Shown here: piece after piece, positions 1 through 7,656 of the stretch | Layout of the letters: each line of letters opens with the position of its first letter | Numbering within the stretch: position 1 is the first letter of the stretch | Source of the DNA: a virus | Taxonomy: Duplodnaviria > Heunggongvirae > Uroviricota > Caudoviricetes | Virus record (IMG/VR): IMGVR_UViG_2645727562_000022 | Span: 1 to 46,320 of that record | Length of the DNA: 46,320 nt | Direction: 5' to 3' (one strand) | Position numbers and translations under genes: made by a program | Notes under the pieces: generated by a model | Database searches by the model: none | Told to the model about the DNA's origin: nothing | What the model saw: only the letters and a program-made list of their open reading frames with translations

Positions 1-26
1 GGTTAACGTGCTAAAACAGAAGGGAA

Positions 27-1307
27 TTACACGGCTCTTAAAGTTGCATGGGGCACTGATGGGGCAAACTCACTCAATTTTGAGTTCAGAAGCGCAACCT
101 GAGCATCGTTATTTTCTGACATCCATTTTCCGTAAACCTGGAAAACCATCTGCGCATCAGCGTGACCCATTTGTGAAGCAATGAATGCCGGGTTAGCTCC
201 AGCCGTCAATGACCAGCAAGCATAAGTATGACGTGACTGATATGATTTCCGGTGACGAATTGCTGCGCGCTTGACTGCCGTATCCCAGGTCTGCCTGACC
301 GAATCGACCGTGAAGTGATCCCCACATAAACCCGTTCTGGAAGTTACGGATGGGAGAAAAACAAACGTGCATTTGTGCTTCTCTCTTTTGCCGTACTCTC
401 GCAAGTGAACATCAATCATGTGCTCTTTGCCAAGCCTGGTAATTTCAAGCTGGCTCTTCAGAGCTTCAATTGCAGGTTCGATAAGGTGTATTACCCTGTT
501 TGTTCCCGCCTGAGTCTTGGGAACGGTAAATTTATCCTGCGCCAGATTCCTCCTTATCATCATCGTGCCGGCCTTAATGTCGATATCCTCCCACCCCAAA
601 GCGCACAGCTCGCCCGGTCGAATTCCTGTGTAGACAGAAAGTGACCACATGTTTTTTGCTTGCTGACTACGACAAGCTTCAATGAGCCTGACAAACTCCT
701 CCCTTGATAGCGGGTCAGGAACCACTCGCGATTCTCTTAGTGGTGATATTCCCTTAAATGGTGTGTCATCGAGATAACCGTTTTCAACTCCAAACTGAAA
801 GATGGCGAAAAGGTTAGTCATGTAGTTATTGACCGTCACTGCAGAACGCCCTGGCTCAGTCACTACATACTGAGTTTTCGGAAGCTGATAACCGGTCAGC
901 AATTCCTTCCTTACCTCGAGAATCCTTTCTTTACTTATCGACGATGCGACCGTCTTCTCACCGAGAATGAGAAGAACGTTTTTGATAATCGTCCGGTATG
1001 TCTTAATCGATGTCGATGCGACATCAGTCTCTTTGAGAGATAAATATTTCTCTGCAAGCTCTCCTATGGTTAGCGCCTTACTCACCTCACCAAATCGCTG
1101 AAGGTTAGGGGAGTTTGGAAACTGTGATGCATAGTTGAAAGTTCCCGTCTTTACTGCGTAGACAATGCTTGTACGCAGCTCTCCGGCAATCTTCCTGTTC
1201 TTCGCCGTATCAGGTACACCAAGACTTTCCCTTACCCTGACACCGTTATAGATAAACCACAGGCGCAGCGTGCCCCCGTGGTTTTCAACCCCGGTTGGAT
1301 ACTTCAT
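27..1307 (-). CDS. int: Tyrosine integrase (lambda Int family)
   Basis: 426 aa ORF at the prophage end; C-terminal catalytic region with R..HxxR..Y-type residues (RHTYACW...MGHAD). Transcribed toward the left edge, as int is toward attL. Confidence 0.9.
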   Translation of the reverse strand: MKYPTGVENHGGTLRLWFIYNGVRVRESLGVPDTAKNRKIAGELRTSIVYAVKTGTFNYASQFPNSPNLQRFGEVSKALTIGELAEKYLSLKETDVASTSIKTYRTIIKNVLLILGEKTVASSISKERILEVRKELLTGYQLPKTQYVVTEPGRSAVTVNNYMTNLFAIFQFGVENGYLDDTPFKGISPLRESRVVPDPLSREEFVRLIEACRSQQAKNMWSLSVYTGIRPGELCALGWEDIDIKAGTMMIRRNLAQDKFTVPKTQAGTNRVIHLIEPAIEALKSQLEITRLGKEHMIDVHLREYGKREKHKCTFVFLPSVTSRTGLCGDHFTVDSVRQTWDTAVKRAAIRHRKSYQSRHTYACWSLTAGANPAFIASQMGHADAQMVFQVYGKWMSENNDAQVALLNSKLSEFAPSVPHATLRAV

Positions 1308-1339
1308 GCATCTTCCTCTTTGGTTAATCGAAGGCGTAT

Positions 1340-1588
1340 TTAAGCAGATTTCTTGCGGGGAATCGCGGGTTGCTGACGCTCAACCCATTTGTCGACTTCG
1401 TGGCGGTTGTAAAGGATAGGGGAGTTGTCCTTCGGCTGGCAGTCGCATGAGTAATGGCGGTACTCTTTACCCTCCATCCATGATGTTTCTCTGGCCAATC
1501 TGATCGCGTTCTTTGTCAGGCCGGTAATCGCCATCAAAACCTTCTCTGATACCCACTTATTGGGAACAAGCTGAATCATATCGCTCAT
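1340..1588 (-). CDS. xis: Excisionase-like small DNA-binding protein
   Basis: Small ORF directly upstream of int on the same strand. Start moved to internal ATG at 1588, which has GGAG 6 nt upstream; the ORF-track start at 1624 has no RBS. Confidence 0.55.
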   Translation of the reverse strand: MSDMIQLVPNKWVSEKVLMAITGLTKNAIRLARETSWMEGKEYRHYSCDCQPKDNSPILYNRHEVDKWVERQQPAIPRKKSA

Positions 1589-1651
1589 TGATTTCTCCAT
1601 TGCGGAAAAGGTGATTAGCCTCATCGAGTGTGAGGCTGTGTGATTCCATGG

Positions 1652-1882
1652 TTAGTTTCCTGTGCTACCTAGAAGCAAAGTGGCGTTGCCATTTCTGTCT
1701 CGATAAAGCTCGAAGTATTCAGTCCATTTGTTTTCTTCTGTTGCTGGAGCTGGCGTGAAATCTCTGATATCGATGTTCCCACCCTGATCGTAGTAACCAG
1801 TACCGTTTGAGTGGTGGATAACCTGCACGATTGCATCTTGTGGCAGGGTTTGTAGCCATTCAATAAATGCTTTTACGTCCAT
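1652..1882 (-). CDS. Hypothetical protein (76 aa)
   Basis: ORF with GGAGA RBS upstream of ATG; sits between a terminator and xis. Confidence 0.5.
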   Translation of the reverse strand: MDVKAFIEWLQTLPQDAIVQVIHHSNGTGYYDQGGNIDIRDFTPAPATEENKWTEYFELYRDRNGNATLLLGSTGN

Positions 1883-1895
1883 TATCTATCTCCAA

Positions 1896-1918
1896 TAAAA
1901 AACCGCCATTGCGGCGGT
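1896..1918 (-). terminator. Rho-independent terminator (minus strand)
   Basis: Stem ACCGCC / GGCGGT with 5-nt loop; on the minus strand it is followed by TTTTTTATT. Immediately after the stop of the 181-aa gene. Confidence 0.6.
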
Positions 1919-2464
1919 CTAGTCGATGCGGATGTGTGGAATCTTTCCGTTATTCAGCAGGTGGTAAATCTGCATCAGGTCGTACAGTCCATGCGCGTGG
2001 ACTAATCCTTCCTTCAAAGCCTCAATGATCTCATCGCGCTTCTTATCTGCTTCTGAGCGGATAGGGCGCAAACTACCTGGAACTAAGCAGACAGCCATTC
2101 CACCGCCATTTTCATCCCAATAGCAGACGGCAACATCATGTTCATCAGTGGTTGTTTTATGAGCTACAACTTCAAGTTCCTGACCATCCTGCGGTATAAT
2201 TTCTTCGTTGTAGTCATATCGCTCGTTGTAGAAAAATGAAACTTTCGAGCCCACCGGAGGCAATCCCTCGCCATCCCATTCAATAGGCTCAAATTTCCAC
2301 GCACTTTCAATCACGTGATATTCTCCTCCATCAGGCATAATTCCTTTCCATGCGGGAGCTAAATAATCACTTGGTTCTTTGGTCAAGACAAAGAATGGCT
2401 TTGCCCAATTATTGCATTTACCTACTGGAATAAAACGACCGATAATTTTGTTATCCACATTCAT
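1919..2464 (-). CDS. Hypothetical protein (181 aa), accessory cargo
   Basis: ORF with no motif I recognise; 5-nt gap to the upstream small gene; flanked by terminators. Confidence 0.5.
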   Translation of the reverse strand: MNVDNKIIGRFIPVGKCNNWAKPFFVLTKEPSDYLAPAWKGIMPDGGEYHVIESAWKFEPIEWDGEGLPPVGSKVSFFYNERYDYNEEIIPQDGQELEVVAHKTTTDEHDVAVCYWDENGGGMAVCLVPGSLRPIRSEADKKRDEIIEALKEGLVHAHGLYDLMQIYHLLNNGKIPHIRID

Positions 2465-2468
2465 CTCC

Positions 2469-2669
2469 TTACGCTAATTTCTTATACACGCGAGGCTCAT
2501 CAACAGTAGCCGCGCGAAGTTCGTGTTCGTGATGCACCGAGTAGTTGCCGTCATCCCAACGCACCCATGCTTTCGGATGGTCGCTATCCGGCTCAATCTG
2601 GCTCTCAACCATCCCTCTGATGCCTCCAGACTTAAGCTGCACTAACGCGCCCACAGCAAATTTAGCCAT
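2469..2669 (-). CDS. Small protein, DUF2158/YodC-like
   Basis: MAKFAVGALVQLKSGG... N-terminus resembles the DUF2158 family; start set at ATG 2669 with GAGGG RBS rather than the GTG at 2726. Confidence 0.45.
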   Translation of the reverse strand: MAKFAVGALVQLKSGGIRGMVESQIEPDSDHPKAWVRWDDGNYSVHHEHELRAATVDEPRVYKKLA

Positions 2670-2770
2670 AACAAGCCCTCTGACATGTGAATGAGTGAAG
2701 AGATAGCCGCCCATGCAATAAGGCACGCTATGGCGACCAGGATAAGGTTGTATTGCATGGTGACTCCGAT

Positions 2771-2799
2771 AAAGAAAAACCCGCTGGCTGCGGGTTTGT
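2771..2799 (-). terminator. Rho-independent terminator (bidirectional-looking hairpin)
   Basis: Stem AACCCGC / GCGGGTT with loop TGGCT, A-run on one side and T-run on the other; lies after the stop of the 2819-3061 gene. Confidence 0.55.
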
Positions 2800-2818
2800 T
2801 ATGCGTCCAATGGGGAGG

Positions 2819-3061
2819 TCATATTTGTATCTCCGGCAGCCTAAAACCTTCCATATCTTCAGCGCGGATACATGGAGACAGACAGTCAGCGAATGCTAGA
2901 GTGCCATCCAGGAGAATGATGAACGCCCATCCTTTAAAGAGATTCTCGCTACACCATTCGACGCGCATCGGCACATCAGGCATAGACGCAGGAAATACAG
3001 GATAATGCTCAGCAAGCCACTCCATGGCATCGCATCGGCTAAGGTGATATTTGTCGTACAT
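2819..3061 (-). CDS. Hypothetical protein (80 aa)
   Basis: ATG at 3059-3061 overlaps the upstream TGA stop (TGATG), indicating translational coupling; ORF-track start at 3097 rejected. Confidence 0.45.
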   Translation of the reverse strand: MYDKYHLSRCDAMEWLAEHYPVFPASMPDVPMRVEWCSENLFKGWAFIILLDGTLAFADCLSPCIRAEDMEGFRLPEIQI

Positions 3062-3687
3062 CACGCCTCCTGCTGCGGTGCTGCTGGTAATATCCACTCC
3101 ATCCAGTGCGTAACATCACCGGTTAGCCAGCCACCCCCATTTTCTTTTACGAAGGTATTATCGCCATCGTAATAACCTGCGTGCACGCCAACGATATCGA
3201 AATAATAAAATACCTTTTGTCCTTTCTTTGGCATCCGCTCACTGCAAGCCACCCAACCATCCGTAATCGTCGGAGAGTTACCATCGGCACCCTGAAGCAT
3301 GGCGGCGCGGCAGGCGTTCCAAAGTTCACCAGCGAAATCACAGGCCTTTTCTCCGCCACCACATGCCTGACAGAGGACCTCGTAAACACTGTCGGGGATA
3401 TCATTAGGCACAGATACCGGCGCTGGAGGGGCGGTGCGATACAGAAGCACATCACCCATCTCTGTTCTGGATGCTGGCCACACGTCTGCATCGGAGCCAG
3501 ATTTGAGATAATCAAGATTTGACTGGTCGATGACGCACACTGGCTCCGCTTCGAGCGATGCCAGCGCGATACGTAGCGCCGCCAGGGTGTTGCTGTCGTC
3601 TTCGTCCAGACCGAACGGGATTTCATCGCGGGCAGCTTCCATGTCGGCAATTTTCTGCTGCAGCCATTGTTTGTTAATCGAGATCAT
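3061..3687 (-). CDS. Prophage protein with DUF551-like C-terminal domain
   Basis: C-terminus GWVACSERMP...VTHWMEWILP resembles the DUF551 hallmark (W..ER.P ... THWMPLP) common in lambdoid early-left regions. Confidence 0.55.
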   Translation of the reverse strand: MISINKQWLQQKIADMEAARDEIPFGLDEDDSNTLAALRIALASLEAEPVCVIDQSNLDYLKSGSDADVWPASRTEMGDVLLYRTAPPAPVSVPNDIPDSVYEVLCQACGGGEKACDFAGELWNACRAAMLQGADGNSPTITDGWVACSERMPKKGQKVFYYFDIVGVHAGYYDGDNTFVKENGGGWLTGDVTHWMEWILPAAPQQEA

Positions 3688-3690
3688 GGG

Positions 3691-3858
3691 TTATCCTCTC
3701 AGCGCCATAGTGTGCATTTCCAGCTCAGCAATCCGCTTGTCTTTGGCTTCCAGCTCATCCAGCAGCGCCAGCACGTCTCGAGTTTCCACGAACATATTGT
3801 GGTCGAAGTTATCGACCGCTTTCGCTGCGGCTGATTTCAGTTTATCGATGTTGCTCAT
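3691..3858 (-). CDS. Small hypothetical protein (55 aa, predicted helical)
   Basis: Not in the ORF track (<60 aa). ATG at 3856-3858 overlaps the upstream TGA (ATGA); GGAGGT RBS; translation MSNIDKLKSAAAKAVDNFDHNMFVETRDVLALLDELEAKDKRIAELEMHTMALRG. Confidence 0.4.
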   Translation of the reverse strand: MSNIDKLKSAAAKAVDNFDHNMFVETRDVLALLDELEAKDKRIAELEMHTMALRG

Positions 3859-4361
3859 TGGGCGTTACCTCCATCATTCGCGAACTCACCATGAATCTCT
3901 GCCCGAGCTTTTTTGATCGCCTCAGCATCATCCTGCTTATCAGAAAAGGAGCCAACGTTGATGTCCTTTCCTTCATACATAATTGATGCCTTCCATTTGT
4001 TAGATTTCCGGCACCATGAAACGCCCTTTATCCCGGAAGTATTGGTGGACTGTATCTTCCTGTTAAGCGCGTTTTGCCTTAAAGAGACAATACGAAGATT
4101 GGAGATCCTGTTGTCTTTCCTGTCACCATTAATGTGGTCCATTATTCCTTCTGGAAACTCTCCTTATACGTATAGCCATGCGAGCCTATGAGAAAGATAA
4201 ACAACGCCGTCAACGCAAAACCGCAGGTAGCCATGTGAGTTAGTTGTTCCGGCGATATCGCCTTTAATGGCTCTGCTGGATGTAGACTTTATTCTTGTGA
4301 AGACGCCTGTATAGCTGTTGTAGTGAAATAACTCCTTAAGCCGAGATTGAGTTAGCGTCAT
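3855..4361 (-). pseudogene. HNH homing endonuclease (AP2-domain type) interrupted by an in-frame TAA
   Basis: ORFs 4164-4385 and 3855-4142 are in the same frame, separated by TAA at 4164-4166. Read-through gives [31 protein letters not shown], colinear with the intact paralog at 8610-9095 where the stop position is a Tyr. Confidence 0.65.
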
Positions 4362-4534
4362 TTCTTCGCCCTCTGGTTTAACCACGCTGTCAGGAATTTG
4401 TTCTCGTTCACGCTTGGGAATGAGTTTTTCTTCAGCATTTCTTCGCGTGGGATGTCGTTGATGGGTTTGAATCGGTGGCGTGCGACAATCTCCTCAGGGG
4501 AGAAGCCCTGAAGTGCGCATGAGTTTCCAATCAT
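4358..4534 (-). CDS. Small hypothetical protein (58 aa)
   Basis: Internal ATG at 4534 with GAGG RBS; its TGA stop overlaps the HNH ATG (ATGA). Preferred over the 109-aa ORF-track reading 4358-4687. Confidence 0.35.
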   Translation of the reverse strand: MIGNSCALQGFSPEEIVARHRFKPINDIPREEMLKKNSFPSVNENKFLTAWLNQRAKK

Positions 4535-4544
4535 GATTTGAGCC

Positions 4545-4751
4545 TCAGTTTCGAATGCGGCGTAAACTAATGCCTTCGCGCTTGCACATCTGGCGAAGGG
4601 ATTCGTATGAACGGTTGATTTGTCTTGCGATGAGTTTTGAGTGAATGGTTCCGGCAATTTCCCTGACTGATTCGATATCAGATTCACCCCATGGCCGTCC
4701 GTGGCTAAGTTGGTTGGAGCGTAGTTCGTAGGTGTGTTTACGCTTGTACAT
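4545..4751 (-). CDS. Hypothetical protein (68 aa)
   Basis: ATG at 4751 with AGGTG RBS 4 nt upstream, tightly packed after the Gp157-like gene. Confidence 0.4.
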   Translation of the reverse strand: MYKRKHTYELRSNQLSHGRPWGESDIESVREIAGTIHSKLIARQINRSYESLRQMCKREGISLRRIRN

Positions 4752-4758
4752 TGCGCAC

Positions 4759-5241
4759 CTACTTGATTAGCAGCGTTGGCTTACCGAGCTTGAGTGATGC
4801 GCCAGGAATAGCTTTACCGGCCTTGAGTTGATGCTTGATGGCTAGCTTGTCGGCCTTAACTGTTGTTATGTATTCAACGTACTCAGGAGGCAGGGAACCT
4901 TCATCTGTGATTTCAACTGACTCCACAGGAGCGCGAACTGTGACCTGATGGATGCCAGCGCGAATCTTTTTCTTACCAATCATCTCAAGCGAATTAGCGA
5001 TGTAGGTCATGATGTTATCGACCTTGTTGTTGATTACGGCAGCGCGTTCATTGAGTGCCTTAGCCTCTTCCTTGAGGCGCTCGGCATATCCGGTTTCGTT
5101 CTTACAGATAGCAAGCAACTGCTCTATCTTATCTGTAAGCTCGCCTTCCATGCCTTCCAGCGTGTCGGCTATCTCGTCTGCTTCAAAGTCGGCATCCATC
5201 AGCCGGGCGTAACCGTTGGCAATCTCATACAGTTTGCTCAC
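4759..5241 (-). CDS. Siphovirus Gp157-family protein (RecT-associated)
   Basis: 160-aa acidic protein immediately downstream of recT, the usual pairing; sequence resembles the Gp157 family. Confidence 0.55.
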   Translation of the reverse strand: MSKLYEIANGYARLMDADFEADEIADTLEGMEGELTDKIEQLLAICKNETGYAERLKEEAKALNERAAVINNKVDNIMTYIANSLEMIGKKKIRAGIHQVTVRAPVESVEITDEGSLPPEYVEYITTVKADKLAIKHQLKAGKAIPGASLKLGKPTLLIK

Positions 5242-6136
5242 TGGTCACCTCCAGCTTTGCCTTGCACTCTGCATAGATGGCCTGAACGTTCTGCTGCAGC
5301 TTCATGCCTGCAGTGCGTTTGTAGGCGTCAGCAAACACACGTTTAAGGTCATCCATGGTTTCAGCATGAGCCATATCATCGCAAAGCGCCTGAATGTGCT
5401 CGATGACTTCCTGCTGGCGTTTGCGCTCATCCTCGCATATATCTTCCTCTGACTTATGCGGCATGACCGGCTCAGTCCAGACACCTTCTTCTTCGTTCAG
5501 AACGTGAATTGCGCTATCAAGGCGAGAGGCTTTAGGCCAATACTTGCTTGCTCGCTTGACCACTGTCTTTCGCGCCATCTCATTCCAGTGATTAACCCAC
5601 GGGCCCTTATCGCTGAATGCGGCCTTGCTCGTCTTCCTGACAGCCTCAATTTCTGCAAGGCTCATCTCTTCCGTAAGGTAATCACCTGCAGGAGTCTTAA
5701 CCGTGCAGTAAACGCCAACGATGTCACCACGGTCACCAAAAGCGTTGTATTTGTGTGTAGGGGCCTTATCTAGGCCGTTTGACTCATAGGTGTCGTTAGC
5801 ATGAACAAGCTTTGCCTGACCCCATGAGATAACCCCTGACTCCATGGCGATATGCAGCAATCCCATGTAACTGATATCAAGGCACACCATACCGTCGCGA
5901 GGAACCAGATAAGCCAGCTTGCTTGCCGGGTTTAACGTGATGCCAATGGCCGCTACGTTGATGATTGCGTTCTGTGCGCTGGTAGGATTTGATAGGGCGG
6001 TTTTAGCGAGGAAGTCATTCTTCTGGAAGTACTGAATTGCGAACTGACTTTCCTTAGCCCATGTGACTGTCTGCTCTGTCAGTGCTCCACAGAATAGCGG
6101 CTCCTGCTGTTTAACGAACTCAACGATATTGCTCAT
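5225..6136 (-). CDS. recT: RecT-family single-strand annealing recombinase
   Basis: GPWVNHWNEMARKTVVKRASKYWP matches the conserved RecT block (GPWVTHWEEMAKKTAIRRLFKYLP in Rac RecT). Confidence 0.9.
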   Translation of the reverse strand: MSNIVEFVKQQEPLFCGALTEQTVTWAKESQFAIQYFQKNDFLAKTALSNPTSAQNAIINVAAIGITLNPASKLAYLVPRDGMVCLDISYMGLLHIAMESGVISWGQAKLVHANDTYESNGLDKAPTHKYNAFGDRGDIVGVYCTVKTPAGDYLTEEMSLAEIEAVRKTSKAAFSDKGPWVNHWNEMARKTVVKRASKYWPKASRLDSAIHVLNEEEGVWTEPVMPHKSEEDICEDERKRQQEVIEHIQALCDDMAHAETMDDLKRVFADAYKRTAGMKLQQNVQAIYAECKAKLEVTSEQTV

Positions 6137-6441
6137 GCTGCTTCCCCAAATGTGTGTCTGCGCAGGAATATGCCAATCGCATACTCAACTTCTACGCGCG
6201 GTCTGAATATGTCCCACATAACCTCACCAGCGAATTCCTGATAATTGCAGTCCTCTTCGCCAAGCCACTCGACTGCATGTTTTGTGTAATCGTCAGGCCT
6301 ATGTGATTCCAGCATGTTGAGCACCGGCCGCATGTTCTCGCACAGCATCTCAACTTGCTTATCAATCGCCGCATTGTCATCGTCGTTAAAGCTCGCGATG
6401 ATTTGCTTAATCTCTGTTTTGTCTGTCATCGTCAGGCGCAT
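6133..6441 (-). CDS. Hypothetical protein (102 aa)
   Basis: ORF overlapping the recT start by 4 nt; function unknown. Confidence 0.45.
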   Translation of the reverse strand: MRLTMTDKTEIKQIIASFNDDDNAAIDKQVEMLCENMRPVLNMLESHRPDDYTKHAVEWLGEEDCNYQEFAGEVMWDIFRPRVEVEYAIGIFLRRHTFGEAA

Positions 6442-6550
6442 TTTGCGTCTCCTGTAGAATCTGCTCTTTCATTTCTTCTTCAAGAAGGTCACTCATGAGA
6501 CGAATAAATGCAGGGTCGTCCCATTTTCGCTTTGGAATGTTTTCAATCAC
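6407..6550 (-). CDS. Small hypothetical ORF (47 aa from GTG, or 29 aa from ATG 6496)
   Basis: GTG overlaps the stop of the cIII-like ORF (GTGA); acidic C-terminus. Weak call. Confidence 0.25.
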   Translation of the reverse strand: MIENIPKRKWDDPAFIRLMSDLLEEEMKEQILQETQNAPDDDRQNRD

Positions 6551-6717
6551 GGCTGCACCTTCTGATTCAGAAACTCAACCAGACGCTCGAGCAAGCTCTT
6601 AACGCGAGGCTGCTTGAAGTCTGCGCCGGTAATGATGTTCTGGCGTGAATGCTGGACGGATAAGATAGGGTCGAAAGGGCGAACCGATGCCGCCCCTGCA
6701 ATAGCGAACTGTTGCAT
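6547..6717 (-). CDS. CIII-like small protein (putative FtsH inhibitor)
   Basis: 56 aa with AAGGAG RBS 6 nt upstream. MQQFAIAGAA... and ...SLLERLVEFLNQ resemble lambda CIII (MQYAIAGW..., ESLLERITRKL...ILNQ); position matches cIII. Confidence 0.45.
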   Translation of the reverse strand: MQQFAIAGAASVRPFDPILSVQHSRQNIITGADFKQPRVKSLLERLVEFLNQKVQP

Positions 6718-6785
6718 GGTGTGCTCCTTTTAAATTGATTGGCATAGCGAAAACACCTCGAATGAAGTGCTATGGATATGCGGTT

Positions 6786-6812
6786 AAAAAAATGCCCGAC
6801 ATAAGCCGGGCA
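6786..6812 (-). terminator. Rho-independent terminator (minus strand)
   Basis: Stem TGCCCG / CGGGCA with 8-nt loop, followed on the minus strand by TTTTTTT. Confidence 0.6.
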
Positions 6813-6929
6813 AAGATGACAACAAGGGGGTATTAATCAGAACATCATCTATCGTCTCCTTTAGATGATGCGAGCGAGATTGCTCACTATCGACTCTCTG
6901 TGAAAGTCGATAAGGTGCTTATTCGCTGC

Positions 6930-7256
6930 TTACATAATCATTCCTGCGACTACTACCATTTCGATGCCGCTATCTTTCAAGATGATTGCGGTTGAGTTAT
7001 CAACCTTGCTTTCACGCCATTTGCCAGCATCTGACCTTTCAGCTCCGCAATAAGAAAGCCAGTCATCGTTGCAGTCCTTAGGGTCACTGATTCTGACAAG
7101 CACACGAGATAGCGCCTTTTCGATATCTTCATCATCGACAGCGTTTGTGTAATTGCCGTGAGACAATTTCAGATCAGCGACCTCATCTTCGTTAGCGTCA
7201 AAAACGTAGATATCAGTCGATTCCGGTACGTTTTCATAAACCATTAAAACTTTCAT
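6930..7256 (-). CDS. Hypothetical acidic protein (108 aa)
   Basis: ATG at 7256 preceded by AGAGGTG RBS; the ORF-track GTG at 7262 lies inside that RBS. Confidence 0.5.
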   Translation of the reverse strand: MKVLMVYENVPESTDIYVFDANEDEVADLKLSHGNYTNAVDDEDIEKALSRVLVRISDPKDCNDDWLSYCGAERSDAGKWRESKVDNSTAIILKDSGIEMVVVAGMIM

Positions 7257-7276
7257 ATTCACCTCTGTGGCTTGCT

Positions 7277-7303
7277 GCCAAAAGAAGGCCGACTAGGCGG
7301 CCT
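7277..7303 (-). terminator. Rho-independent terminator in the leftward early operon (tL-like)
   Basis: Stem AGGCCG / CGGCCT with loop ACTAGG, followed on the minus strand by TTCTTTTGG; 12 bp from the IS left end. Confidence 0.5.
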
Positions 7304-7377
7304 AGTCAACTTTCTGAATCGCCACGGGTTTAACAGACACCTCAGAGTCATTTAAGATGACTTAAAGAGAGGTGCCC

Positions 7378-7656
7378 ATGAGCGGTAAGCGTTATCCTGA
7401 AGAGTTTAAAATTGAAGCAGTCAAACAGGTTGTTGATCGTGGTCATTCTGTTTCCAGTGTTGCAACACGTCTCGATATCGCCACTCACAGTCTTTACGCC
7501 TGGATAAAGAAGTACGGCCCGGATTCTTCCACTCATAATGAACAGTCAGATGCTCAGGCCGAGATCCGCCGTCTTCAGAAAGAGTTGAAGCGGGTTACGG
7601 ACGAACGGGACATATTAAAAAAAGCCGCGGCGTACTTCGCAAAGCTGTCCGACTGA
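7378..7656 (+). CDS. IS3-family transposase OrfA (HTH)
   Basis: MSGKRYPEEFKIEAVKQV...ILKKAAAYFAK is typical of IS3-family OrfA; ATG at 7378 with GAGAGG RBS (ORF track begins at GTG 7372). Confidence 0.85.
   Translation: MSGKRYPEEFKIEAVKQVVDRGHSVSSVATRLDIATHSLYAWIKKYGPDSSTHNEQSDAQAEIRRLQKELKRVTDERDILKKAAAYFAKLSD

Noticed and set aside
1-26. attL core or att direct repeat at the left edge
   Set aside because: Only 26 nt precede the int stop and no matching repeat was found by eye near the right end; the att sites and exact prophage boundaries cannot be defined from this window.
3147-3916. ORFs 3147-3650 (-), 3181-3522 (+) and 3530-3916 (+)
   Set aside because: Alternative-frame or opposite-strand shadows of the DUF551-like gene and the 55-aa coupled gene, which are supported by overlapping stop/start codons and RBSs.
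4358-4687. 109-aa ORF-track reading of 4358-4687
   Set aside because: Its 5' half overlaps the better-supported 68-aa gene (4545-4751) in another frame; an internal ATG at 4534 with RBS and ATGA coupling to the HNH gene fits better. Either reading remains possible.
5302-5773. ORFs 5302-5484 (-) and 5456-5773 (+) within recT
   Set aside because: Internal or antisense ORFs inside a confidently identified RecT gene.
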